A DNA stretch of 64,000 nucleotides from NCBI RefSeq assembly GCF_006345805.1, contig NC_043003.1, positions 29,016,001-29,080,000 on the forward strand. The letters run 5' to 3'. Position numbers and translations under genes: made by a program. Origin of the DNA: Octopus sinensis. Its lineage: Eukaryota. The notes beneath the pieces are model-generated. The model saw only the letters and a program-made list of their open reading frames with translations, was not told the origin of the DNA and searched no databases. Positions 1 through 12,788 of this stretch are shown one piece after another (position 1 is the stretch's first letter; each line of letters begins with the position of its first letter).

Positions 1-135
1 AGTCGAGCAAATCGACCCCGGGACTTATTCTTTGTAGCCCAGTACTTATTCTATCGTTCTCTTTTCTGAACCGCTAAGTGACGGGACGTAAACACACCAG
101 CATCGGTGTCAAGCAATGCTAGGTAAACAAACACA
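1..135 (-). mobile_element. 3' part of tRNA-derived SINE family A
   Basis: Reverse complement of the tail of the full copy at 62639-63070 (…gagttgctcgattaaaggcggtgctccagc region). Confidence 0.85.
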
Positions 136-186
136 CACACACCAAACATACACACATACACATATATACATATGTGTATATTATAC

Positions 187-254
<68 letters not shown>

Positions 255-849
255 ATATATATATAATATATATATATATATATTATATATATATATATAT
301 ATATATCCATATTGTATATATATACAACATATATATATAAAAACCCCATACATACTTACATACAAACACACATATGCAAACATACATGCAAACATGCATG
401 GACATATACGCATATATACACATATGCATACATGCACAGCTACACATGTATATATAAATACGGACATAGACACGTACACCACACACACACACACACACAC
501 ACACAAACATGTTCACTGTCGCATGTTAAGACGTGGGAGTTTCTTCATTATATTTTTCCCGATTACCATTTCCAACATTTAATGTCATCACAATTGTCAA
601 AGTTGTGGAATAATTGCTTATTCTTCAGATCCTCCTTATCGAAGAAACTTTTTTATTGATGACCGTCGAGATATTTGTCTCGAACCGAAAGTTAGCATTT
701 TAAGAGAATCTCTACAAACACACCGGTATTTTTTAACGCTGGTGTAACGATGAACAAAACATCGATATAACAAGGACAAAAGCGACATTGATATAACGAT
801 GACAACGACAACAACCTCGTCACAACAATAGCAACAACATCGACGTGGC

Positions 850-1590
850 GACGGCAGCGACAGCAGCGACGGCAGCGGTGGCAGCGGTGGCAGCGATGGC
901 AGCGGTGGCAGCGATGGCAGCGGTGGCAGCGGTGGCAGCGGTGGCAGCGGTGGCAGCGGTGGCAGCGACGGCAGCGATGGAAGCGGTGGCAGCGGTGGCA
1001 GCGACGGCAGTGACGGCAGCGGTGGCAGCGACGGCAGCGGTGGCAGCGGTGGCAGCGGTGGCAGCGGTGGCAGCGGTGGCAGCGGTGGCAGTGGTGGCAG
1101 CGGTGGCAGCGGTGGCAGCGATGGCAGCGACGGCAGCGGTCGCAGCGGTGGCAGCGGTCGCAGCGGTGGCAGCGGTCGCAGCGGTGGTAGTGGTGGCAGC
1201 GGTGGCAGCGGTGGCAGCGGTGGCAGCGGTGGCAGCGGTGGCAGCGACGTCAGTGACGGCAGCGGTGGCAGCGACGGCAGCGATGGAAGCGGTGGCAGCG
1301 GTGGCAGCGACGGCAGTGACGGCAGCGGTGGCAGCGACGGCAGCGGTGGCAGCGGTGGCAGCGGTGGCAGCGGTGGCAGCGGTGGCAGTGGTGGCAGCGG
1401 TGGCAGCGATGGCAGCGACGGCAGCGGTCGCAGCGGTGGCAGCGGTGGCAGCGGTCGCAGCGGTGGCAGCAGTGGCAGCGATGGCAGCGGTGGTAGCGGT
1501 GGCAGCGGTGGCAGTGGTGGCAGCGATGGCAGCGACGGCAGTCACGGCAGCGGTGGCAGCGATGGAAGCGGGGACAGCAATGGAAGCGGT
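850..1590. repeat. GC-rich 9-bp minisatellite (GGCAGCGGT)n with a 306-bp higher-order duplication
   Basis: Directly visible. The rare variant GGAAGC and its downstream variant pattern recur at 979 and 1285. Confidence 0.95.
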
Positions 1591-2107
1591 AGCAGCAACT
1601 ACATTGTCACAGCTACGACAACAATAATATATACCCTATGATGAAAACAACAATGTCATCATAAACAAGACATCTACAACACCGGTGAAGCACCGACTAG
1701 AATCAGAAATGGAGAAGATAATATTTTATTAGTTGCTTTTATCGTAAAAATTGTAGTCATACGGTTGCTACGGAGTCAATAGTCGCTCTGATAATTACAA
1801 TAAAATCTCGAAATAAAAATATAAATGCCTCTTTTGGCTTTATGAATATAATGAATATAATGAAAACTTACTGGGACGTAACGTCATCCTTAGAAAATAT
1901 TATTTCGTAGTAAAATATTTGCGCTACTAAAGTTTATATGTTGAATGTAAAAGAGAGGTTGATGATTGTAATTTTGTTTGCAAAAGTGAAAACAGTATAT
2001 AACAGTAAACACTGACTATATTCCTATAAATGGTACGAGCATTCATATAATAATTATGACTGTAAGTAAATGACCTCTGACGGTTATGCCTGACCATGCA
2101 CCTGAAA

Positions 2108-2143
<36 letters not shown>

Positions 2144-3079
2144 AAGCAAGGGCGAAATTTTTTTTGCCGCAAATAGTTGCGAGTCTCTCCTCTTCGTGCC
2201 ACCGAAATTTGTTCAAGGGAAGAAAGGAAAGCCGTTGTTTTGGGTTGATACAATTTCGCCCCAGTATCGTTTCAGACGTTGCTATATTACAAACACAAAG
2301 AGCCGGAACAGATACGAGAAAACATCTCGCCGGACCATCTGACAATTCCACCAATCCATCACATTGGATTGGCACCTTTTTTTTTTATCGATCCCGAAAG
2401 AATGAAAAGCAAAATTGACTTTACTGGGATCTGAAATCAGAGGACAGAGTGTCGAAACAATCACTGAAAACATTTTATCCAGCTCCCACACAACTCCCAC
2501 ATTTTCCCACCTTAATTATGACACCATAGGTGACAACCCATCACTATCATAAAACAGTGTAATATGCCGGCTTGCAGTCTATAGTTAGCTGCTCCTGTTA
2601 CTCTGTAGCAGATATAATAAATGTATCATGAGTGAGTAGATAAAACGATATAAACTCCTGCAAGGTAATCTCAAAGAAACGATTCAAAAGAAGATTAATT
2701 TCTTTTTTAAAATCACGGCTGCAAGACGAACCATATTTTATTGATATTGATAAGAGACAATCAGAGCTGACAGGGATTAACAAGAATATTTATAATATAT
2801 CGTTTGTTATTTGGCAAATAAACGCTGCTTATATTTTTTTCCACAACTATTAATTAGTATTTTGAACAAGACAAAAGCAATAAAATGATAACATCGTAGA
2901 TTTAGAAAACTGGAAACATCGTTAATGCACGGACGACTGTCAGTCAGGTGGAGATAATTTGATAATCAATCATGAAATGATTGATGATCAAATTAATTGT
3001 CAAATATCATCAAACGAATCGCTATATTTCTCACCAACAAGACTTGAAAATAATGTGTGGAGGGGAGCAAAACAAGGAA

Positions 3080-3310
3080 ATAGAACTGTTGTATAAAAGA
3101 GTTCAAAATGTTGGATGGGAAATCATGAGATATGTGTAGCTGAAAGACAAACTATTCACGAGAAATTCTATGAGAATCCGTCTGTATTCTACAGAGGGAT
3201 GAATGAAACAGTTATATAAAGTTACAGAGGCGCCTTCTGTGGAAGATAGAAGGTCGTCCTATTGAAAAATCTGGAGTAGGAAAGCGGAATTTCCCCATAA
3301 TGCTTTAAAG
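3080..3310 (+). pseudogene. Decayed R4/Dong-type non-LTR retrotransposon ORF fragment (region upstream of RT)
   Basis: Frameshifted translation KFYENPSVFYRGMNETVI / VTEAPSVEDRRSSY*KIWSRKAEF resembles the N-F--NP--FYR…P--E----FW--IWS motif I recall for R4-clade elements. Confidence 0.45.
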
Positions 3311-4674
3311 TTAGATATTATCCGTCCAAAGAATTGCCTTGAAATTATATCAAAAACGTAGAAACGGTATCGGTGGTGAGATATCCTTGAGACTGCATTA
3401 GATAAACTCTATAATAGGAAAGCTGCAAGATATGATTTTATTGTCGGCTACAATCACAAAAACCCTCTCAACAATATCTTCTCAACTTCTAGTAGCAAGT
3501 TCTCAATATGTGTGTGGGTGTAAGGCAGCTATACGCAATATAAAACCAGAATGGAATAATTCAATTGTGACTAATTGTGACTGAGGGTACTGGGTAGCAC
3601 CTATATTGCTAGAAATAAGTGTTTAAAACCCTTAGAGCCGCAGAAAGCACATTTTCATATACTGACAGGTGAGAGATAACCGCCCCACATCGAGAGAGAT
3701 CACTATACTTGTCTAGTTTTGCTTGAAAATTACATTCATCAGTAGTGATGACTCCATCACTGGATGGTTTGGTTAAATGCTAATGTGATAATTATAGCTT
3801 AACGAAGGCAGCCAAACGCAATATAAAACCAAAGAGGGAAAATTCAGTTGTCACTAATTGTGAGTGAGGGTGCCGGGTTGGCTGACATTGACACATTTAT
3901 CTACTAGTCTCAAGGACATCTCACCACCGATATCGTTTCTATGTTTTTGATATTAAGATAGTTAGGCCATTGACACTTTGGAATTCCTAGTTTTGTTATC
4001 ATGTAGGAGCATTTATCTTGATCAAACTGTCCCTATATTTCTTTGAATTTCGTACTTGAGAAAAGGCTCTTTAGACAGTTCACATTTTTGGTATATAAAT
4101 GGCGAAGAACTACAGCCCAGTTGAATGCCAGAACGTGATATATGATACAGCGTGTATTAATCTTATCTATCCAGGATCGTTGTTGTTTTGCGAATATCAT
4201 CATTGCCGAATAAACGGATGCGTAAATAGGAGTTTGGGAGAACACTTTGGTTACGGACAAACTGGATTGCAAAAAAGAATTCGATTATGTTTCTCACACC
4301 TATGGATGTAAGAAACTCTTCCACTTGTTGAACGTCCTGAAACCATAATCAGAACCACAGAAAATCGAGCTTCGTTCTTTGGCTACTTTTCTAAAGTTAG
4401 ATATAGAAAGTGGTTGTATTGGTTCTGATAGGATAATGTATTGGCGAAAAGTATTTCAAGGGGTCATTCTCTTTGTGATGCGCTTTATACTTACAGTTGG
4501 CCGTTATGCTTTTTACTGAGAAAATCCAAAGGCGATAACATTGCTTCACAGGTAAGCAGAAATAGTGACCTAACATAATTTGTATATCTGTATGCTTTGT
4601 ATGAGAGTGTGTGTGCGTGTGCGTGTGCGTACGTGTATCTGCGCACGCGTGAGTTTGTGTAGGTGTGTTTATGT

Positions 4675-4726
<52 letters not shown>

Positions 4727-5179
4727 ACGACCATTGTATATACCAAAAATATGAATTGTATGAAAGGAGTCTTTCCTCAGATACGACACTCTCAGAGAAA
4801 TATAAGGACAGAGTTTGGCCAAGATAAATTCCTTTATATGATAGTAAAACTAGGAATTCCAAGATATCAAAGACCTGATTATTCCTCTAACGTCTGAGGA
4901 TGAATGCAATAAGCATCGAAGAAGCGGGGGTGGAATTTTCATACTCTGGCACTTGTACCAAGAGACGTCTAACCAGGAAATATTACACCTGGGAGAAAAA
5001 TATTTCACACCACTCCACATGCAGTTAGTCACTGACCAAAGATGTGCTTCTAATACAGTAATTACACCGAATATTTTGGTTATTCGATTAGAGGTTAGGT
5101 GATAGCCAAGCCATTGATGTTAAAACTTAAAATCCACTGACAACCACCAAAAATCGACTCAGTTCATTAATGCTCATTA

Positions 5180-5695
5180 ATAATATTGGTTTCAAATTTT
5201 GACACAAGGAGAGCAATTTCGAGGATGGGCGAAGGTTGATTACATTGATCCCAGTATTCAGCTGGTACTTACTTCATCAATTCCTTAGGCTCAAAGGCAA
5301 AGTCGACCTCCGCGGAATTTGAAATCAGAACTTAAAATGCAAGGTTAGCAATTTTCTAGGGTGGAGATAAGTCGATTACATCCACCCCCAAGACTCAACT
5401 GGTATTTATTATGTCAACCCCGAAAAGATGAAAAGAAAAATCATCTTCAGGGAAATTTTAACTCAGAACTCATTGAAAATATTGGTTTCAAATTTTGGCA
5501 CAAGACCAACAGTTTCGGGCGCGGGAGTAAGTCGATTATATCAACCCCAGCGCTCAACTCATATTTATTTCATCGCCCTCGAAAAGATGAAAGGCAAAGT
5601 CGACCTCCGTGGAATTTGTCCTCAGAACGTAAGGAGGGAAGAAATGACGCAAAGCATTTTGTCCGGCGTGTTAACGACTCCGTTAGCTCGCCACC

Positions 5696-5728
<33 letters not shown>

Positions 5729-5930
5729 TTGGTTTCAAATTTTGGTACAAGGCCAGCAAGTTCGGAAAAGGGGTTGAGTTGATTACATCGGCCCCAGCGT
5801 TCGGCAGGTACTTCATTTATCAACCATGAAAGGCATGAACCGCAAATCTGACCTCGGCAAAATTTGAACTAAGAAAATTGCAAAGCATTTCGCTCGGCGT
5901 GCTAGCAATTGTGCAAGCTCGCCGCCTTAA
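5180..5930 (-). mobile_element. Cluster of degenerate SINE family B copies
   Basis: Repeated reverse-complement matches to 6415-6640 (aggcaaagtcgacctc…ggaatttgaa…cagaac; gtcgattacat). Confidence 0.75.
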
Positions 5931-5989
5931 TACTCATTAATATAATATTGATCTTCTTTACCTAAAACGAAAACAAGTGGGAGGAGGTT

Positions 5990-7450
5990 TAACTTTTTTA
6001 ATATCATCCCACTTGAGACTACTTCTTGTTCTATGGCACAAACCTTTTCTTTAAAAGCGATCTAAATTGAAATCTTCCATCAAAATTTCATGTTAATTAA
6101 AGTTTCAAGTATAAGCTTAATCATGACAGCAATTTTACTAAATTCTTAATTATTGAGACCGAACCACCAGAAACTGCCCCCAGTTCTATGATATCAACTT
6201 CCTGTTTTAAAGTAATCTAAATGAAAGCAATCAAAATTTCATGTTAATTCCAAGCAGCAGATTAATAATGAGAGTGTTATTTTACTAAATTCTTCGTTAT
6301 TGATAAAAACCTGCCTGAAATTGCCCCTAGTTCTATAAAATTTCATGATTTAAAGTTATCTAAATTAAGACCCTCTATCAAAATTTCTTTTTAATTTATG
6401 TTCCAAAGAGCAGCGAGCTGGCAGAAACGTTAGCACACCGGGCGAAATGCGTTACCGTATTTCGTCTGCCGTTACGTTCTGAGTTCAAATTCCGCCGAGG
6501 TCGACTTTGCCTTTCATCCTTTCGGGGTCGATAAATTAAGTACCAGTTACGCACTGGGGTCGATGTAATCGACTTAATCCGTTTGTCTGTCCTTGTTTGT
6601 TCCCTCTGTGTTTAGCCCCTTGTGGGTAGTAAAGAAATAGGAATTGTTACCACTGCGGGTTTAGCGACAATTCGTCCGTCTTTACGTTCTGAGTTCAAAT
6701 TCCACCGTGATCAATTTTGCCTTCCATCTCCTTCGAGGTCGATAAAATAAGTACCAGCTGAACACTGGGGTCGATGGAATCGATTTACATCCTCCCCCAA
6801 AATTACTGACCTTGTGCCAAAATCTGAAACCATTTTATGTTCCAAAACCCCAGCTAAATAAATTTTATACTTAGGCACACGGCCTGAAATTTTTGAGAAA
6901 GGGTTCGTCAATATCATCGATTACAGTGCTTGATTGATACTTTATTTTATCAACCCCGAAAAGATAAATGGCACAATAACCCTTGACTGGGCTTGAACCG
7001 AGAACGTGAAGCAGCGAATCGATACCACGAGTCGAATCTAATGATCCTGTCAGCTCGCAGCTTTGCTTTATGATGACAACGTTATTTTATTAAATTCTTT
7101 ATTAATACCAGCCTCTGGTTCCATCATACAAACTTTCTATTTTAAAGTGAACTAAATAAAACCTTTCGATTAAGTTTCATAATTTTTTTTCTGTTACATT
7201 CCAAGCAACAGCTTAATAATAACAAAGTTATTTCATTAAATTTTTCATTATTGATATGAATCTACCTTCAGACCGCCTCTGGTCTTCTGATACAAATATC
7301 TTGTTTTAAATTGATCTAACTTAAAACCTTCCATTAAAATTTTATATTTATGTTCCAAATAGCAGCTTCATAGCGACAGAGTTATTTTAATAAACTTTTC
7401 ATTATTTTCAAAAGCACTTTTTTCAGCAGAAATATGGTAACAAATTGGGA
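5990..7450. repeat. AT-rich element built of degenerate ~130-140-bp tandem units, interrupted by SINEs
   Basis: Recurring motifs tttaaagtNatctaaat, caaaatttcatgttaatt, ttccaa, gttattttactaaattctt at 6050-6400 and 7080-7420. Confidence 0.6.
6409..6833 (+). mobile_element. SINE family B composite (two heads) with 13-bp target-site duplication
   Basis: gcgagctggcagaaacgttagc head. tttatgttccaaa flanks both sides (~6396 and ~6835). Confidence 0.8.
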
Positions 7451-7495
7451 TCATATCCATATAGCATTTCAATGTTACACCACATGCACTTGCAG

Positions 7496-7595
7496 NNNNN
7501 NNNNNNNNNNNNNNNNNNNNNNNNNNNNNNNNNNNNNNNNNNNNNNNNNNNNNNNNNNNNNNNNNNNNNNNNNNNNNNNNNNNNNNNNNNNNNNN
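7496..7595. other. Assembly gap (100 N)
   Basis: Run of N. Confidence 1.
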
Positions 7596-7849
7596 AGGCG
7601 GTGCACACACGCATATACATGCAAACACGCTCACACAGACACAGCCACAGGCTGTTAGAACAGTTGCACACACGCACATAGCCGCAAGCATCAAGCGCAG
7701 TCACAGCAAACTCACACGCGCATACTCATACATCTACTCGCACACACTCTTCACTCATACAGCCACTCGCACAGTCGCACACACTCGCATACTCATACAG
7801 CTATTCGCTATCGCGCGCACGCACCTTTCTAACCTCATATCCGTGTCTG

Positions 7850-7964
7850 TATATAAATAAGCTAAGCTAGCAGGCTTGCCATTTCAGACAGTGACCTGAA
7901 ACAAGTCTATAATCAGCAGCCAAGCTGGGTTTATAAAACCACAACCACAACACACAAGTCATTT
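7850..7964 (+). promoter_or_regulatory. Candidate core promoter(s) of the PH-domain gene
   Basis: TATATAAA at 7850 with TTTCAGA ~30 bp downstream. TATAAAA at 7932 with Inr-like TCATTT at 7959-7964 (A is 29 bp from the TATA start). Confidence 0.45.
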
Positions 7965-8216
7965 ACTTTCCATGCCGTGTGCGATTCTACTCTAAACTGA
8001 TCGTTTCTCGTTTACTCTACTACAATTCGCAACAAGTTTATTTTGTTCTTTCATTCGTTTTACCCAATATATATCGTACCTTCGTATATATAACTCGCCT
8101 TCTATACTACGATCTTACTAAAACCGCAAGTTGGAGCTTTTATTTTCATCATAAAACCACTATATTGAATTTTATTTGGAAACGTGACAGCTAACATATA
8201 TTCTCCTAACACAACA

Positions 8217-8714
8217 ATGAAGGGTTTTCCTTGTATCGACGCTTTACCAGCATCTCTCTCTGCTGTTGACGAAAACATGCCGTTGCCAAGCGAACAGGGC
8301 GCACCTGTAAAATGTGGTCATCTCTACCTAATCATAGGGCCAAACAGACAACTGGCCGTTTTTGTCAACGTCTACTGGAGCGGCTTCGAACACTTTGCTG
8401 TCATCTATCGGGACAAGAAATTCTGTAATGCTTCCGCTTTCATCCGTATCAAGAGATGTGTGGTGACCAAGGATTCACAGAAAGGAAATCGCTTTGTTAT
8501 AATTCCGAATAACAGCGAAGGTTGTACCATTGTATTTGAGTGTGAAACCGAGCGTGAAGCAGATGAATGGGTGAAGTCCTTGTCGTATAAATCTTACAAA
8601 AATAATCGTTGCTGCCTATCGAAACCCTCTATCGTACCCGAAATGACGGTACCCATACCAAAGTCTCCTGTTCTACCAACTCTGAAAGAATATGACGAAG
8701 ATGAAGATGTTTGA
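8217..8714 (+). CDS. Intronless 165-aa protein with a pleckstrin-homology (PH)-like domain and acidic C-terminus
   Basis: The only complex-sequence intact ORF in the window. ATG in good context (acaacaATGa). Beta-strand pattern from VKCGHLYLII to the terminal helix FECETEREADEWVKSL is typical of PH folds. Ends SPVLPTLKEYDEDEDV. Confidence 0.8.
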   Translation: MKGFPCIDALPASLSAVDENMPLPSEQGAPVKCGHLYLIIGPNRQLAVFVNVYWSGFEHFAVIYRDKKFCNASAFIRIKRCVVTKDSQKGNRFVIIPNNSEGCTIVFECETEREADEWVKSLSYKSYKNNRCCLSKPSIVPEMTVPIPKSPVLPTLKEYDEDEDV

Positions 8715-9450
8715 ACGTTGGAAGTTCCCTCAGTGTATGTATAAATATCTACACATGCACATTTTTAACGAAGTAAAATATATATATAATATATATACAT
8801 TTCTCTATGAATGTGTATATTTATATATATTCGTGTTCTTTTGTTCTTACAAAATCCAGCATTCCCATTTAAAGTTCTTTATCTTTCTCTTCTTTCGAAC
8901 TCCTTTGAAAGAAGTGGAAGGTTGGATTTTTTTTTAAATATTTAAATGGTGAAACATGACAAAGAAGCTGAAGAGGAAAAAATTGAAAAAATACAGAAAG
9001 GAAGATTTTTTCTTTCTTTTCTTCTCGTTTTTAATTACTTTTGTTTTCAAGAGGGGAAGAAAAAAAAACCAAAGTTCTTTGAAAGACTTGCTGAATAAGA
9101 ATACCCTGAAGAAAAAGAAAGAATGGATGATAACAACAGGGAAAGAGACGGACAGAGACAGAGAGACAGAAAACGTGGTGATAACCGAAAAATATCCAGA
9201 AACCAGATGACTACCCTGGGTCTGGTTAACAGAAGGAAAAAAATCATCCACGTTTTGTTTTTCAAAAAAAGGGAAGAAAATGCCCTCCCGGGAGGAAGTT
9301 CACAGTAAGAAAACAAAAAAAAAAATCAGAAAAAAACCCATTTATTTCTATTTATTTTTTGTGCTTTTTAAAGCGGCCCACAAGGAGACAGCAACAACCC
9401 ACAGAATTAATTTTTCAGATGAATTAATTACTGATCTGATGATAATGATT

Positions 9451-9487
<37 letters not shown>

Positions 9488-10384
9488 CACTACAATTTGT
9501 TCCAGACACTAAGAAGGAAAACACTATAGGAACATTTTTCATTTAATTTTTTTTTTTTTTTCCTTTTGGAAAACTTCATATTCAGGAATTGATCGGACCT
9601 CAAAGGGACTTGTTGATAATATATTACAGTGATATAGGGGTGAGAAGGAACTGGCCCTCAACTAACATTTAAACAACAACAATAAGAAGAACACCAGTTA
9701 CAGCGCTACCAAGAAGAAATAACAAACTTTCTCTTCACTCAAAAAAGGAAAAAAAAAAAAAAGATCAGAGAACAAGATAAAGACCCAAAATCAGAAATAT
9801 CTATAAAGAGCCTTATATATTCAACAGACCTTGTTATATACATTCATATGTGTGTGTATACTGTGTATGTATACATACATACACACACGCACACACATAC
9901 ATATATATTATATATATATATATGAATGGGCTTACTGTGAGTCATTTTTTTGTTCTTTGACTTTGGTATTGTTTTTGTTGTTTTTCCTTTAAATTTCATT
10001 CCTTTCACACCAATTGTGATTTTTGGAACTTATAAAATGACTATTATTCATTCATTTCATAACGCTGTGTCGTTTCATGTGAGTGATGTTTTCTTTTCTT
10101 TACATTTATTTTTATTTATTTCTTTTTTCTTTTTTTTTCTTTTTGCGAAGAAAAACAAATTCAAAGATTCTTCCATATTCCTCAGTTCCCCCCTCCCCCC
10201 ATACACCTTTGTTCTTTGTTCTTCATCTTCTTAACAGCCCCCCACCTCTCCAAATATATCGATCTGCCAGGCGATATAAGGGAATATATATATATATATA
10301 GGTGTGGCAGAAAAACCACCTATATTCACACACACACACCACACACACACAAAAATATTATATGTATGTGTGTGGTATATATAT

Positions 10385-10431
<47 letters not shown>

Positions 10432-10571
10432 AAGAGACAGGGAAGTGAAAGACAACGTGCAGAATCTCAAATACTGCTTTTAATTATTTATCATATTTAA
10501 ATAATATATTTATTAATGTACATTCTTCACTTCCCCCACCCCACCCATCTTGTAGTCTGTCAGTTTCATGT

Positions 10572-10608
<37 letters not shown>

Positions 10609-11779
10609 TATATATATATTATGTATGTATGTATTCACACATGTGCATGCACACATATAGATATGTATAGTTATATACATACCTATCTACATCCATGCAC
10701 ATTTGGGCTTTTATTCTTCTTTTCTTTACACCACAATCCCATACTCCAAGCATGACTCAACTACATTTACACATGATGCTAAATGCTCCAGGCATATTTT
10801 GACAAAATTCTTCGCATGGTGACATTTTCCTGCTCACTTCCATTCCATCATTTAGTCACCGTTCTTCTTCTCTATGTTATTGTTGCTGTTGTCACTGCTG
10901 TGTCTAATTAGGCACAAATTGTTGCTTCCATTTACATATTTATTTGTCTATTTTTGTTTTTTTTTTTGTTGGTTTTTTTTTTTCTTGTTTTTTTTTTTGC
11001 CATTTCCATCCAAATTCACACACCCAGCTTTTATGCATTTAAACATTTATAAGTTGTGTTTAAATCTTATAACATGATTTCATAGATTCAAATAGTATGG
11101 ATAATTCCTTTGTTCATCTCTAATTTGTGTTTATATACATACACATATATATGCATACACATACTCACACACACATATAAGCATATATATATATATATAT
11201 ATCTGTATATGTATATATATCTATATATATATATATACATACATGTATGTGTGTATATATATATATATATATTTATTATATACATGACAAAGAAAAAGAA
11301 CTCAATTCTGAGATTAAAGTAAAGAAGCTTTAATTTATTGAGAATTAAAACTTCAAAAATCACTGCTTATAACTCTCTCATTAACTAGCTGCATGCAATT
11401 ATACATACATAAATACATGTGTGCGCATGGATGTATTCACATGTGTGTAAATTCACTAAATGTTCATACACTCAACCAAAGCAACACACATGCAAACAGA
11501 TCTCTACCTTCACCTATTCAGAGTACTATTTAAACATGTATAGCAATTTGATCTTTATCAAATTTTATAGCTCTCTCTAAAATTTAGTTATATACTATTT
11601 TCTGTGTCAGTCAGTTCTTTTTTTATATAGCCATTCAAATTTATATACATTCACATAGGTATACATATGTATTATATACATCATAGTATTATATATGTTA
11701 GATATGTATGTATCTGTATTTATATACATACATACATATATCTATCTTTATATATGTATATATAATAATGATAATTTGA

Positions 11780-11885
11780 GGGAATATTATTCCAAACTTA
11801 CAGGGAAAAGTTCAATTTAGAAATACTAAATCAAATTTCACAAAATATAATATTATATAAATTAGAAAAAAACCACCTTTTATCA
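11780..11885 (-). mobile_element. Fragment related to the terminal part of the element at 56301-56400 (putative Penelope pLTR-like)
   Basis: gggaat…tccaaa(c/t)ttacagggaaaa…aatattatata…ttaga…aaaaccac is shared between both loci. Both lie in TA-rich microsatellite context. Confidence 0.45.
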
Positions 11886-12379
11886 ATTCAAAATGAATAA
11901 TTAAATTACACCATCTAGAAAATTACATATAATAGAAATATTAAATATCAGATAAAAAATATACTGATGATTAAGTAATGTGCAAAATACTTATATATTT
12001 GGTATATATGTATATATATTTACAATCACATGCAGACTTAGATATACATTAAAGTTTTAGTTCACCTCTTTGCAACTGTTACACACATACACACACACAC
12101 ACAAATCGCATGAAATCTGAAGCTTAAAGCTGTTGCTACTACTACTACTGCTGGTGATACAGCATGCTTGCACAGGATTGTTCCAGACTTATTAGCGTTG
12201 CAAGCGACCTTCAGCTCACTAATTAGTTTGAAATACCGCCATTTTCAAAGTTACCCTTCTATCATTTATGCTTATATATATATATAAAATGCAATCTGTG
12301 TGTTTATCCTTCTCACTATTTGCTTATATGTGCATATACGAACTTATTTACACACACACACAATATATATATATTATAT

Positions 12380-12412
<33 letters not shown>

Positions 12413-12733
12413 AACTGTGTACGTGACACATGGATATATGCACAGATACATGCACACACAACATATGTAGACATAAATAATTCTGCCCCATCACTTATAT
12501 TATATCATGGTTGGCTTTTGTTGGTCATGTTCTTCAGAGAGGTAATGGTGGGGATAAACAAGTGGGGAGCCATCTGTCCTTGGATTTTGGTTGGAATTCC
12601 TCTGCAATGGAGTGCCCTATAACAAAAGACATTCCCAATGACCTGATGTCGAATGCTGATATTAAAGCATACTCTGTGCTAGGCTTTTGTGTTTTGTGCA
12701 CAGTGTGTACAAACACCATTCTTATTTTATATA

Positions 12734-12788
<55 letters not shown>

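Noticed and set aside
585-632. Minus-strand CUGAAGA near an ACAAUUGU palindrome
   Set aside because: GAAA is missing, the triplet would be GUG, and there is no stem I.
116-659. Long ORFs such as YIYIYI and HTHTHT here and throughout the window
   Set aside because: Read-through of dinucleotide/tetranucleotide microsatellites with no coding complexity.
655-695. TTGATGA…tcgaga/tctcga…CGAAAG hammerhead-like pattern
   Set aside because: C3 is absent, the base of stem II does not pair, and no stem III/NUH or stem I was found.
3900-4560. Possible L1/Tx1-like coding relic (ORF 4099-4311)
   Set aside because: No motif could be matched convincingly.
4893-4925. CTGAGGA…atgc/gcat…GAAG
   Set aside because: GAAG instead of GAAA, broken stem base, and no stem III.
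8956-9546. Lys-rich and Met-run ORFs downstream of the PH gene
   Set aside because: Poly-A/T and (GAT)n compositional artefacts, more likely 3' UTR.
11960-12005. CTGATGA followed by taagta/tactta hairpin
   Set aside because: No GAAA downstream of the stem.
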